Assembly: GCA_950097015.1 (NCBI GenBank)
Contig: CATNEN010000038.1
Location: forward strand, 25,668,001 to 25,732,000
Length of the DNA: 64,000 bases
DNA from: Macrostomum hystrix
Lineage: Eukaryota; Animalia; Platyhelminthes
Direction of reading: 5' to 3'
The position numbers and the translations under genes are program-made. Within the stretch, counting starts at the first letter, position 1; every line of letters starts with the position of its first letter. Positions 1 to 12,342 of this stretch are shown here, piece after piece. The notes under the pieces were generated by a model, which was given only the letters and a program-made list of their open reading frames with translations, searched no databases and had not been told where the DNA came from.

Positions 1-1133
1 CTCTGCGGTACTTGACGGTGAAGTCGAACTCTTGGAGCAGCAGCCGCCAGCGACCCAGCCTACCATAGCTATCGATTCTCTGGGAATCGATGTAGGTGAG
101 CGGGCAGTGATCCGTGTGCACCGTGAAATGCTTGCCAAGCAAGTAATGCCTGAAGACTTTGAAAGCGTGCAGGATGGCCAGACACTCCTTCTCTGTTGCC
201 GAGTACTTTTTCTCCGCCGAGTTGAACGCCCTGCTCGAAAACTCGATCACTGCATCGCTTTGCTTCAGGATTGCACCGACCCCACTGCCGCTGGCATCCG
301 TGAAGACAGCGAACTCCTTGGAAAAGTCCGGGTTCACCAGGATCGGAGGACTCATCAGGCAGATCTTGAGCTCGTCGAAGGCAGCTTGGCACTCTGCAGT
401 CCACTCAAACGCCACGCCCTTGCCAGTCAGGTGGTGAAGTGGTGCAGCGATGGCAGCGAAGTTGGCGACATGGCGGCGGTACTGGTTGCACAGGCCGATA
501 AACTGGCGGATCTCCTTGACTGACCTCGGCTCCTTCCACTGCTGAATCGCCTCCAGCTTCTCTTTGCTTGGCTGAGCTCCCTCCTTTGAATAGCGCATGC
601 CGAGGAAAGTCACTTCAGGCACCGCGATCTTGCACTTGGAGCCTCTCAGTGTCAGTCCGGCTGCTCGGACACGCTGAAGTGCCTCTCGCAGTTGCAGCAG
701 ATGCTCCTTCCTGGTCTTTGAGAAGCACAGGCTGTCATCGAAAAACGTGAAGACGAAGTCACAGCCATTGAAAACTTTGGACATAAGCATGCAGAACGTG
801 CTGGGGCCACCTGACAGGCCTTGAGGCATTCTCTTAAATTGGTATAGCGGCATCCCTGGTCCAGGGCTAAAGGCCGTCTTCTGTCTGTCTTCTTCAGCCA
901 GAGGGATCTGGAAGTAACCTCCATTGAGATCCAGCACTGAGAACACCGTGCTGCCCGCTATTCGATCTCGTGCCTCCTCCATTAGCGGAATTCCTTGCGC
1001 CGACCGAATCGTCTTCTTGTTGAGCTCTCTGTAGTCGATGGTCAGCCGCAGACTGCCGTCCTTCTTGGTCACGTACACCGGTGGAGCCACGTACGGACTC
1101 TCGCTCAGTTCGATCACGTCGTTCTCCAGCAGC
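1..1133 (-). mobile_element. Ty3/gypsy LTR-retrotransposon pol fragment (RT + RNase H), open frame running off the window start, 5'-truncated at ~1134
   Basis: Manual minus-strand translation: LLENDVIELSESPYVAPPVYVTKKDGSLRLTIDYRELN...FSVLDLNGGYFQIPL...KTAF...MPQGL...TFFDDSL...FLG...FTDAS...YSATEKECLA...HTDHCPL...RWRLLLQEFDF; no stop seen. Confidence 0.93.
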
Positions 1134-1595
1134 TTTTTTTTTGTGTTTGTGTTTTTTTAACTATTTGAAACAGGAGAAGGTTAAGCTTCTGACGCTTTTT
1201 GTTTTCTCTTCTCCCTTGAAGTGATGAGAGGATGCCATGGTAACATCATATGCTGGGCCTTTATTTATCTTCAGCCTCTCTCCTTATGCAAACGGCTTAC
1301 AATTGGTTGGGAGTTGGGAGAAGCACTGCCATTGTTTTTTAGTGGGAACGCGCCTAAAGAATAGTTTGTATTGCTTTTGCGTGGTATGATAATATAGAGA
1401 CTGTTAAAAAATAGTGGGATCTCTCGGTATGAGATGGGGTGAAGGATTGGATTGGGCGTAGGTTTTGGCCTGGACATATTTGGGGTCCGGGGTGCTGTCG
1501 TGTAGGTGTGTGTGGGCAGAGATGGGGTCACCCATATCAACCGGGGCTCAAAATACGGTATATGGCGGTGGAGGGTACTACTTTTCTGCAAACTG
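1134..1595 (-). mobile_element. Possible 3' end of a non-LTR retroelement with A-rich tail abutting the gypsy fragment
   Basis: T-rich run at 1134-1158 (A-rich on minus) exactly where the gypsy frame stops; short ORF end 1271-1591 followed by AATAAA; no recognisable domain. Confidence 0.3.
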
Positions 1596-1599
1596 TAAC

Positions 1600-2100
1600 T
1601 CTACTTCGGCGATGATCCACTCACGAAGAAAATAAATTCAAGGAAGGCTTGCACCTTTGACACAAGCTTGATCCTGAGAAGTACTGTAAAGGCAATACTG
1701 AAATTGATGTCGCTGCATTTCATTGTCAAATTCGAGTCGACACCATCGAAGACAGCGCCGTTCTCCGAAGATTGGACACCCTTCAGATAGATAAAGTTGA
1801 TAGTTTCGTCATTCTGACAAAGCAGGATTTAAATTTCGTCTCGTCTCCGACCCCTACTATCGTAAAATTCTAGCGATGATGCCGAGTATTTTCTGGGGAA
1901 TCGGGTGAGCACTCAGCACGCTGCTCACACCGGAGAGGCTGTATGCGGAAGATGCTGCATTGCTGAAGGTTTGGCCTGACCAGGAGACCCAGTCTCTCCT
2001 TGTTCGATGCTTCAACAGTGCACTGAATGTCGCTGCTTGTCTGCATTTTGTTCAGAGCAGTGGTGTCAGGTTCAGATAATTGCACCTGAATTTGCGTTGC
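1600..2100 (-). pseudogene. Degenerate relic of the PAN-like/LamG-like secreted protein family
   Basis: Minus strand gives TQIQVQ..., LSGVSS..VLTRFP, and NFIYLKGVQSSENGAVFDGVDSNLTMKCSDINFSIAFTVLLRIK, matching NRFYPIGVQWTEDGAAFDGSSSYLALNKSDIAFGSGVTVLLRMK of 9401-10375; frameshifted. Confidence 0.8.
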
Positions 2101-2639
2101 TAGCTAGTGTTCTATGGTCATAAAACAATTTCATATCGCAGTCTTATATTTCTATCCGGATATACGAGCGTAGTAATGAATTATTAATTGACGCTTATAA
2201 AGTTACAGAGTATTGTCAGCCAGATAGTCATCCATTTCCGTTTTTAGACGATAAAGGTAAAACTGAAAAGCTAGCAGATGAAAGCGAAGCAGCTTATTTT
2301 TTATACGAGCTAGTTTTATTGTTGTAGGCATAGTCAAATCTCAGTCTTATATATTCACCTAGTATTTTTCATTATGCTCGAACTATTAATTTCACAGGCC
2401 TCGTATTATCGATCATCGGTTTCATCCGTAAAAACTACGGATCTCAAACAAAATTCACGACAAAAATGCGACAATTTATAACTGAGGAGCGTCTAAATTA
2501 GAATTGAAGTTAATTGTGGCCTCTTTGGCGTTTGTATTGTTTTATCCCGCGCAGTTTCACACTGCAAAGCATGTTATTATTTTTTAAAATAAATAAATAA
2601 ATTAAAAAAGCGTTGCATTTAATAAACTCACAAAGCTTC

Positions 2640-2880
2640 TGTCCGGTTTCAAAGACTTCATTCCTAATGACCGCCACAAGTGCAGTCAAAGTCCGATGCC
2701 TGAACATGGATGCCATATTTGTTGCCACAGTGGCACCAGCTGCCGGCCTGTACATTGGCATATATGTATTGCCTGTTCTTGCAAATCCTAAAACAATCTT
2801 TAACAGTGTTACCACCCTGTTCAAAGCTCGATGTTCGATTTAGACAAAATTTCATCGATGAATTATAGGTTAGATCACTG
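2640..2880 (-). pseudogene. WSC-domain exon relic (frameshifted)
   Basis: TVKDCFRICKNRQYIYANVQAGSWCHCGN...CGG then, in a shifted frame, RNEVFETG; fits the WSC pattern C-x3-C...Y-A...C-x-C-G-N...C-G-G...N-x-V-(Y/F). Confidence 0.55.
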
Positions 2881-3829
2881 AAGAAGGAAAATAAATCGAT
2901 TGCTTACTTATTCGTGACAAATTCGCTAAGTTTTTAACTCCTATTCGTCTATTCTACAATCAATTTTTATTAAAACTTGTAATGATTTTATTTCTAGAAA
3001 ATGCCCTGGCAACAAAATAACAATACTTTTGCATTCATTACCCACATCTATTAACTACCTCTTATTTTGTATTTTTTGTAATATTTTGCTCGGCATGTGT
3101 AGCTTAGCTTCATACATATATTTATTGGCTATGTGTTGTTGGGGATTAAATTCGTACTTCAAAGCATACTACTCTGACCTATAGTTATATATGCTGGACA
3201 ACTAACTAAATAACTGGTGTTGGTGAGTGTCGTGTGCCAGATCCGGCCTAGAGTACTGAAATTGGAAGTCCTATAGACACAGTCTGCAGTTCGCTCAGAG
3301 CGCACACTATAACTGTGCTCCGATCAGTTTGCGTTGTAATCAATCAAAATAAGCTGAGCTTTTCGAAACGGCTTCATTGTATACTTTCATCTGGCATCGT
3401 CTGCCTTAAAACTTTCCACGCAGTTTTAAACCTGCCCGTCATCTTTATCCAATTAAAGCTACTAAAATACGAGTACAATTTGTCCTGGTGACTGTTTTTG
3501 AAATACAAAGCTGACTTGTTGAGTATGGTCTCAACTCAACTCAACTCAAGAAATTGCCATAAATTATTAGTTGACTCCTGGAAAATGAGAGACCATTGTT
3601 AGCTAGATAACCCATCCATGTCAGCTTTTTAGCCGATGAAGCATTTTTATAGCCATAAAATACTGCTAGGCATAAGCGACTGTGGATAAATTTATTTTTG
3701 CATTTTATTTTTTTGCCTGGCCTTCCAGTAGGCAGTTTGCGTTGAAAAATCATCGGCAATAAATAAAAAAAAGCGTTAACCGTTACCATCTCTAGAAGAA
3801 TTTTTCTGATTCAAAGTCAAAGTTCACCA

Positions 3830-3965
3830 ACCCGTTGCCATGCATTCTGGGTCAAATCCCGCTGCTTGTCAGCAGTTTGTACAGAGCCGTGGTGTCAGAG
3901 AAAATTTTTTTTGCATTTGAGTCCAGGTGTCTCCGAGTCCGCGATGGCAAAAGGCCAGCAGGCTC
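3830..3965 (-). pseudogene. N-terminal relic of the PAN-like/LamG-like family
   Basis: Minus strand SLLAFCHRGLGDTWTQMQ (cf. CLCRSGDTWTQMQ); downstream DNA resembles the relic at 2030-2090. Confidence 0.65.
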
Positions 3966-4069
3966 TAAAGGTGCGTTTCTTGTCCATATGGCGTTTCTTG
4001 TCCAAACAGTTACATAATCATAGGGACGGCCCCCCACACAGTCGGATGACCAACGCCCCGCACTATCGG

Positions 4070-4525
4070 ATAGACTAAAAACACCGATGGGTGCGTTGGT
4101 GCAGCAGAAGGGGCGGGATTCGAAATGACCATGTTTGAACTCGAGCAGAATGAACTCGTCCCCAATGGGTTGCGCAACCTTGATTCTGATGTTGGGTCAA
4201 TCAGCTTTGTCAGCCAGGTCTCGTACGCATTGTTCGAACACATGACATGTCGGGTATAAGCCGATGGCTCAACCAAACAGAGTTACCGAGCTAAGGAAAT
4301 GATTAGGCAAACCATTCTTTTACATTCACGAGTGGATAAATATTTTGGCGACAAAGCTGAGGCCCGGATTCTCCTCAACTTGTTCGAGCTTAGCGCCTTC
4401 TTTCTGGTAGATGTGATCGATGTAGGCAGCCTTTTCATACTCTGAAAAGGACTCGGACTCGGCATTGACTTTCGGAAATACGTCGACATAGTCGGTAAAC
4501 AGGCCGGTGCGATGCTAATTCCCAA
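4070..4525 (-). mobile_element. Maverick/Polinton-like protein-primed DNA polymerase B fragment (pseudogene)
   Basis: Minus strand TGLFTDYVDVFPKVNAES...EKAAYIDHIYQKEGAKLEQVEENPGLSFVAKIFIHS* and later CTNAPIGVF; resembles the pPolB segment GLF..YV..F.K.K.E...NPG.R..AK...NS and N..IA.F. Confidence 0.6.
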
Positions 4526-4544
4526 TAGGCCCGGGAGTGGGGGG

Positions 4545-5110
4545 TGAGTGGGTCAGCGGCTAATGTCGCTGCCTCACTTTCCAATGGTCGCTGGTTCGTT
4601 CCTCCCTTCAAGTCACGATTATTTCGGGGCTTAGTTTGAAGTTTGCGAAGTAGTGACTTGCGGAAATGCACCTTATTATGTGCAGCCAAAGCTAGTTTAA
4701 AATAGCTTAACCCCTGCCTTCTGCATGCCTGCTTGTTTGCGTTTGTGCGTTGGGCCGGGTTTGAGGTGTTGTATGGGGGGTGGGGCGGGTGTGCACCAGC
4801 AATGCTTGCTCTGAGCGGTGAGGTTTCACCAGCCGTCTGCGCGCGTGGCTTGGTCCTCTCGTCCCAACCCTTCAGGCATCTAAGTCCTCCCCTGGTTTGG
4901 TCAGCTCTGCGCGTGTGCGCGCCTGGGGTGAGAGGCACTCTGGCTGGCCCTTCCCCGCTTGGCTTGCTGCTGTGTGTGAGGTGCCTGTGTCCAGGGGTCC
5001 AGATGGCGCGATGGGCGAGTCCCGCCAAGTTCGCCGGCCTGCTGGGGGCATGCCGTTCCTGCGCTTGTGCGTCAAGTGCCCCAGGCCCCCCTACAATTAA
5101 TTAAGTAAAA
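4545..5110 (+). repeat. ~560-bp dispersed repeat, copy 1 (unclassified TE piece)
   Basis: Highly similar to 38702-39260 in inverted orientation. Confidence 0.85.
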
Positions 5111-5195
5111 GGCCCGCGAGTGCACATGTACCAGTTGATAGCCGCATAGCCTAGTTCGAAGGCCTTGGCAAGCTCCAGTGTCGACCAGTTGCAGT

Positions 5196-5390
5196 TCAAT
5201 TGCAGTTCAGCAAGACTCTAATGCAGTTTGGAAACAATCTAAAGGCCAGCATTGAGCAGTGCCGCTCAGTGAATGATCTGTTGCTGTGGACTGGAGAGGC
5301 ATTGGTCAAGCATTGCACCTGCATCTGAGTCCAGGTGTCTCCGGACCTGCACAGGCAAACAGTCAGCGAGCTCAGCAGCAGCAACGTCTG
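5196..5390 (-). pseudogene. N-terminal fragment of the PAN-like/LamG-like family
   Basis: LLLSSLTVCLCRSGDTWTQMQVQCLTNASPVHSNRSFTERHCSMLA, nearly identical to the N-terminus of 9401-10375, then truncated. Confidence 0.88.
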
Positions 5391-5691
5391 CCGAGAATCT
5401 GACGAGAATCTTTCGAGAATTCTAATGCCACAATATTCGAATCACTAAGACTTAATTTTTTAACTCATCAATTAGTTTTTTATGAGAGAAATGTGTATGA
5501 CTTCTTCCTAGGGATAATTGGGTCCACGACAATGGACTCTAAAAGACTGCCAGGACATTTGAATGCCTCAAAAAAGACGAAGAAAAAAGACTGCTACAAA
5601 AAAACGACCACAAAAATGCAAAAAGACTGCTTGACAAAAAGACTGCTGACAAAAAGACTGCCGACAAAAAGACTGCTGACAATTGTTGTCC

Positions 5692-5890
5692 GCCCAAGGC
5701 GCAGTGAGATTGTACACTGCCTGACGATAAAAAAGTCAGGGCAGATGTACACACCTGTGTCAGTGTGTGGCTGCATACAGTATCTATGTATCTGACTAGT
5801 GTTCAGTGGTCAGCGAAATGGGCAGAATTGCCTCCTCTTTGGCTGCAGGTCTAGTGTCACCAAATGAAGTGCCATAGCCCACAGCCCTCC
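5692..5890 (+). mobile_element. SINE family A, partial copy
   Basis: Shares ccaaggcNcagtga...cctgacgat...cagcgaaat..gcagaattgcctcctc...ggctgcaggtctagtgtcacc with 24245-24545 and 43100-43423. Confidence 0.75.
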
Positions 5891-6721
5891 TGCAATGAGT
5901 ATTTCTGAGCAGATATGCCTCTACAGTGGTATGCAATAAACCCGATTTCTCGATTCTCTTGACAAGTATTTAACCGTCTGCGCCCAAAATCAATGTTGCT
6001 TGACGCAGAATCGAGCTCAGGGACATTGGTGCAAAAGGCGAAAGCCGTTAACTACTCTGCCACTCAGCCCACCCCGTCAACCAAGAATTAGACGGAAATG
6101 TTTTCCGATGAGAAAACAGGACTCCATTAAGCTAATTTAAGTCTTTCCGTAGTCTTGTTGCTTAAAACACAGAAAAGTAATCTGCATTATATTACAGGTT
6201 GAAAAAATACCTTCTGATCGCTTGAACATCAAAGTACATTTTTGGCTGAGACCGGTGAATTACTTAGACCAGCAGGGTGGGTACTGCGCCCTCTTTTATA
6301 CTACTGCTGAATGAAACCAAGTAGTATATACCTCTGTTAAGTTGTTTAAATATAAAAAAAGAAATATAAAAATATAAATAAATAATAAATATATTACAAC
6401 ATAAAAAATTCTAATATTTTAATGTTCTATGTTCTAATAAAAAAATCAAATAATACAACATTTAACTTAGATGCTCCTTCTCGTAATGACGGTAAGGTCT
6501 TATGTTTCGCTATAATTCCCTTCAGCGGGTACGAAGTACGTAAGGATTATTCGTTTTATTTTTTACGGTAACCTGCTTAATCAGTTAATACATGAATAGT
6601 GTTCTAACACCAGAAATAATGGATAAAGCAAGGTTGCTAAAGTTCTTTTTTTGCTTAAGCAAAACATCAAACTGAGGAATGTGTGACAATTTTCAAATGA
6701 TACCGCAGTAATACAGAGGCA

Positions 6722-7105
6722 GTCTAATTCTAATTCTAATTCTAATTCTCATTCTAATTTTAAATCTAATTCTAATTCTAATTCTACAACTTGTAATTCT
6801 AATTCTAATTCTAATTCTAATTCTAATTCTAATTCTAATTTTAAATCTAATTCTAATTATAATTTTAAATCTAATTCTAATTCTAATTCTAGAACTTGTA
6901 ATTCTAATTCTAATTCTAATTCTAATTCTACAACTTGTAATTCTAATTCTAATTCTAATTCTACAACTTGTAATTCTAATTCTAATTCTAATTCTAATTC
7001 TACAACTTGTAATTCTAATTCTAATTCTAATTCTAATTCTACAACTTGTAATTCTAATTCTAATTCTAATTCTAATTCTACAACTTGTAATTATAATTCT
7101 AATTC
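6722..7105. repeat. (TTCTAA)n microsatellite with higher-order interruptions
   Basis: Direct reading. Confidence 0.95.
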
Positions 7106-9400
7106 TGCCCTTTTAAGTTCAATGCTAATCGTCAGCGCGGAGGTATTCAATAAAATTCTTAAAGCCTTTGTCTTTTGGAACTCTCTCAATTTAAGCTTTT
7201 TCACTTTAGCAAGCTTTCTTGCAAAATTCTGAATACATGACTTTACTTCTTTCACATGGATGCGTCTATTGTTAAAAAACTTAGTTAGTTAGAGGCAAGC
7301 AAAATCTATATTAAACAGTGAGTTGGCAAGTAAAGCCCAAGAACGGGGGACAGTGGCACGAGTCTTTACTACGATTCCTCATACTTTTGTGGTAGCTCAA
7401 AGAGCTTTACCCCATCATACAGCTACGCATGACATCCTTTTAACAATATGCATGGCTCGTGGGAGGGGGTGAGTGGAACGGTGGTCTTAGGCGTTTGCCT
7501 ATTTGGAGCTTGTGCTGAATTTTTAATTTACCTCGGTTTACCTCGGGCGCCTCTTACTCATAGAAGTTGAATATTACATCATTGGTCCATGCTCCAGATG
7601 TCCATGGCCGAAAGAGGCGGGATTTTCTTACATGCAGCCTTTTTAACTTGATAACGATGATGAGCATTTTTTAGTGTAAAATGTGTGTACATTTTGAGGC
7701 TTAGCAGCCTATTTAAACGCACTCGAGACAAACTAGCATTCATAATTAAAACTATTAAAACCCACCATTTTTTCTAGAGACAAGAGCCCGCGAGAGGAGG
7801 CTGGGCGTTTTTAAGTGCAATTTACTCTCAGAAGGACAAATCTTCGAGACACACAGAGAGCAAGAGCAGATGTTAACACCTGTTCATGTGTGTGTCTGAG
7901 TAAGTGTCCTTGTGCACTATTCTGAACGGTCTGCTGAATGGGCACAAAGACCTCTATTCTGGCTGCAAGTCGACTTTCAGCGTTTCGAAGCCAGCAGTTT
8001 GCGTAGTGTGATGTACATAAGGGCTTTCACTCCGCTAACTAAATTTTATCTCTAGCAATTTGATGTGCAGCGGTATCGTCCACCCACCCCTCCGCTTTAG
8101 CTAATGCGAAGATATTGTCAATAATGAGTGTGATAAGCCAGTCAGGCTGGTTAAGTGTGTTTTGTCGGTTTGAGATCTGGTGCTCACGTTTGAGCACCAC
8201 TAAATTGACTAGCCGTCGATACTAGAGTCGCCACCCTTTGCACCAATAAGCAACTTCTATCGGATCTCCTTTGCAAGTTGCACAACTTACTTTAAACCGC
8301 GGGGACATACATTACGTAATCACTACGCTGAGCAATAGGGTGTAGCATAAAAATAATGAATTGTTTAATTAATTCGTAACCCTAGGAGCAACATTCGATT
8401 TACAATGTTTAATTCAGAAAAGTTCTTGGTAACAAGTTACGATCGAGTAGGAGTAACATACGGCGAAAGACGAAAGACTCTCGCTCAATAAGTTATAATA
8501 ATAATAATAATTATTATTATTATTATAAAGTGCGCACTCAAAAAAGGTGTTGATTATTATCCCATTTTATTTTTTAATCGCAACTGCAAGTAGGAACTTA
8601 GCAACCTAATCTAAAGGCCAAAAAACGAAAGCAAAATAACATAAAGAGCAAAATTTGTTGAGAATGACGCGACGCACGCCATGCATCAAAAACTTCTTTG
8701 TGTCTTTGGTCTTTGGGCCAGGCAGGTTGATGCTTGCGTCATAGAGAGAGAGAGAGAGAGAGAGTACAAACTGATCAACATTTTGGGATTTTTTAATTTG
8801 CCCTTCGCATTTCAAGTGCGAGAAATTTTTACTACAGTACTGCCTTTATGTTACCACAACACTCATATACAAGGACAGAAAATGTTCTGCGCGTACAGGT
8901 TTCCCCCAAACACAATGACGCAAAACAGCAGTGGAGCTTCGTTCCTTTACCTACCTCGTACCTCACTACCTTACCTGAAGGACACAGAACTCACAACCAA
9001 TAGAAAGCCGATAAAAGAGAGACAAAAATATAAAAGGCACAGAATTATGTTTCCATGAAAAGCCTCATTTCCCGCATTCACTTAGAAGCGTCCTTCAGAA
9101 AGCTTTCAAGAGGACGCGAAACCAGAAAAGCATTCAATACTTTAGCGACATCAGCAGCAAAAATGGGTAAGCTATGAAAAATATAATTTTCTAACAAATA
9201 TTAGCTGAAACCTTCACGATAGATGAAGCTAATGGTAAAAAAGCATTCATTAGTTTACGTGGCTTGCAATTTCTGATTGCGACTCTGACTTTAGACAAGG
9301 ACAATATACGAAAGACAAGGAAAACTTACACCTAGAAAATTGCTACTGAGTTCTACCAGCGTACAGTATTTATAAACTTTCCCTGGTGTTTTCAGTCATT

Positions 9401-10375
9401 ATGCTCCTGATATTAGTGCAGCTGCTGAGCTCACTGACTGTCTGCCTGTGCCGGTCCGGAGACACCTGGACTCAGATGCAGGTGCAATGCTTGACCAATG
9501 CCACCCCAGTCCACAGCAACAGAGCATTCACTGAGCAGCACTGCTCAATGCTGGCCTCTGATGCATTCCCGTCTGGCATTCTGGTTGCCCAGTTCAGAGC
9601 GGCCTCTCTCCAGTGCGATCTCTTCCGCTACCAGTCCGTGTGTCGCCAGCTTCTCTCCGGTGTGAGCAGCGACTGCCGAGTGCTCATCCGATTCCCAATC
9701 AGCTATCCGAGCAAGCTCAGCTCGAAGCTCACAAACGTGTGGCTCGGAGACGACATGACCAGATTGGAGAATGTGCTGTGCCAGGCTGAAGAAGAGACGA
9801 ACCGCTTCTATCCGATCGGCGTCCAGTGGACGGAGGACGGCGCCGCGTTCGATGGGAGCAGCTCGTACCTGGCGCTGAACAAGAGCGACATCGCGTTCGG
9901 CTCCGGCGTCACCGTGCTGCTGCGGATGAAGAGAACGCCTCAGGTGCAGGCACTTCTAGAGTCTTTTGAATGTTCAAGATTTCTAACAGGTCCTAAGTAC
10001 GACCACTTCTGGGAGTACGATGCAGTTTCTAAGCTTTTCTTAGTCATTAAAACACAGGCTAGTGCAGCCCCGAGGATTTATCAGACGACAACGGCGCCCT
10101 TGACACAGAATGCCAGCGAGTGGGTGAACATTGGCTTCACGTCAACGCCATCTGCTGACGTGTTTGGAATATTTGTTGGAAACTCGTTCTTGTCATCTGG
10201 TAGTTTGCAGCTCGCAACCTCATCTGACTACAGCCTGATGCCTCAGCTCTGCTTCCGATTCGGTAAACGACTGGGCGACCCTCGAATGTTTAAGGGAACT
10301 GTCAGGGTCATTGCTATCAGCAACAGCTCCATGTCCGAGAGTGAGATACGGGACTTCTTCACCTTGGTTGTGTGA
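9401..10375 (+). CDS. Secreted protein: signal peptide + PAN/apple-like Cys domain + LamG/concanavalin-A-like domain (copy 1)
   Basis: Intact ORF; hydrophobic N-terminus; QHCSMLA...AQF...QCDLF; GAAFDGSSSYL...WVNIGFT...FKGTVRVIAISNSSMSESEIR typical of LamG-like jellyrolls; splice acceptor ttttcag just upstream so the true start may lie in a small upstream exon. Confidence 0.8.
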   Translation: MLLILVQLLSSLTVCLCRSGDTWTQMQVQCLTNATPVHSNRAFTEQHCSMLASDAFPSGILVAQFRAASLQCDLFRYQSVCRQLLSGVSSDCRVLIRFPISYPSKLSSKLTNVWLGDDMTRLENVLCQAEEETNRFYPIGVQWTEDGAAFDGSSSYLALNKSDIAFGSGVTVLLRMKRTPQVQALLESFECSRFLTGPKYDHFWEYDAVSKLFLVIKTQASAAPRIYQTTTAPLTQNASEWVNIGFTSTPSADVFGIFVGNSFLSSGSLQLATSSDYSLMPQLCFRFGKRLGDPRMFKGTVRVIAISNSSMSESEIRDFFTLVV

Positions 10376-10877
10376 AGGCCTTATGCGCTGATTTTATGTA
10401 GTGGTATCGTCGACAAAATCAAAATTAGTACTCTTTAAGTACTTTTAAATACTTTTAAATCAATTTAAAATGCTTTTCCGAACAATCTTTTTCAATATGA
10501 TATTTTGAAAAAGAGTGTTTTAATTTTTCTTAATTCTCTTTTTTTAGTTTTAAGTCTTATAGTTTTTTAATTTATCTCTAAATATAATTTATAGTTTAGT
10601 AGAAAATTATACTATATTATGCCGAGAAAATCGGTTTCCTGCTGATTGAAGCGATTGATATCCCATTCCTTTAACAATGTCGAATCATTGGCTTTCAAGT
10701 CTTGAGTCCAAGGTTTTAAGCCCTGTGCTACAGTTCGCTGGGCCCTACCACCATTTGTTTTTGGAGAGGAATATTGATCTTAAATATGAAATCTGAAAAT
10801 CTATACTCGAGACTACGGATCGGTTGATTTGCGATGCAGCTTTTTGTATGTCACTAACTCATTTGGCTATTGACAAA

Positions 10878-10918
10878 GTTTTATCCACAGACTACACAGT
10901 GTATTCTGTGGTTTTATC
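10878..10918. mobile_element. 25-bp palindromic transposon remnant with 8-bp TSD
   Basis: gttttatc|cacagactacacagtgtattctgtg|gttttatc. Confidence 0.8.
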
Positions 10919-12342
10919 TATCCAATTTCATTATCTCACAACGATTCAAGACTTGTTCACACTGAAAATCTGTTCACACTGAACTAAAACAATCGCAGTT
11001 GGTCTGCGATTCGGGGTGAAATTTGGGGTAACAGCTTTAGGCAAGGAGATTCACAAATACAAGTTAGTAGTGGGTTTGATGAGCAAATGCTTGGTACTGC
11101 ATTTACTCAAATGCCTGGCAGCTTACTAAATACTAAATACTAAATGACAGTCGTCCAGCCTCTTACAAAATCGCAAATTTCTACCCAAATTTAAGCCATA
11201 CCTATTCTTCAATTTAGGTCTTTATTTATGCCGAGCTCTATTGTTTTAGTTCAAATTTTACCCAGATCTTCTCAAACTAACCATCCCCATTTAACAAGAT
11301 CCTGATGGAACGTTCTAAAACAATATAAAAATTCCTCCTAATGTATTTTTTAGGAATTTTCATCGATATGGACGTTCAGTGCATGTGACCGTTTTTTCCT
11401 AGCCTAGAAGAACTGACGGCATTTGTAGCCCAGGAGAACACGATGATGCTTTCCTTCGAAAGCAGAGCGGCAGCCATAAATAGTGTTATGGGTTCTGTAT
11501 CTGGGCATCCTTTCTTCCTGCGCCTCGTGTTTGAGATGATCGAGGTTGACGACAAAGAAGAAGGCCCACTATCGACCTCTGGTCACTTCATTCTTACCAA
11601 AGCGCTTAGAAACTGGTGGCTAAGTGAATTCACTAGCTGCATTCAAGTGAACCTGCTCAGCCCAGAATTGCTCAAACCAATCGTTCGCAACAATGCGAAT
11701 AACTTTAAAAGGAATTGCAATGAGCTGGGTCAAATTAAGTTCCGACGCTACCCATATAGCAACGGCCAAGGACAACTTGATAACTCAGGACCTGAAACGA
11801 GCCAATTCATAGCGAAAATGGTATGAGGCTCGTTTAAAACCATTGTTCTAAGCTTTTACTTCGACGTAATGACAATTTTAAAAGTCGGTTGCTTAACACT
11901 TTCTGCATAGTCTATGGTATTTTGTATTCATAGAGAATGCGTAAATTTATGAATGAATTTAGATATAACAATTTAAACAAAAACACGCTAATAAGACAAA
12001 GTTATGTGATGCTCATGGGAAGAGTAATAGTCCATCCAAGTTTTGCAGGTAGTCACTTCGTAAAGTTGAACGTGAACTTGTCGAATTTGCAATTTTCGGA
12101 TAGCTTGGATACTTGCGCTTGGGTGCTTCGAACTGCAATATTGAAAAAGCAAAATAAAGTAGCAGAAATACATGGATTCAGAAATACCTTTCCCAGCGAA
12201 GTTTTAACTTACCCGTTGAAAGGTGAACTTCCTGGCTCGGGGTCATGTCACAGGTTTCTCTGATAAGAACTCGTCTCTTTTTCGGTGGCCGTAGCACTGG
12301 TGGGCTTCTGGAGTTCCACAATTGGCCGTTCTTACGCGGTGC

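Noticed and set aside
32-523. Plus-strand 163-aa ORF
   Set aside because: Antisense shadow of the gypsy pol frame
4435-5104. Overlapping ORFs in the 560-bp repeat
   Set aside because: GC-rich repeat, open on both strands, no domain
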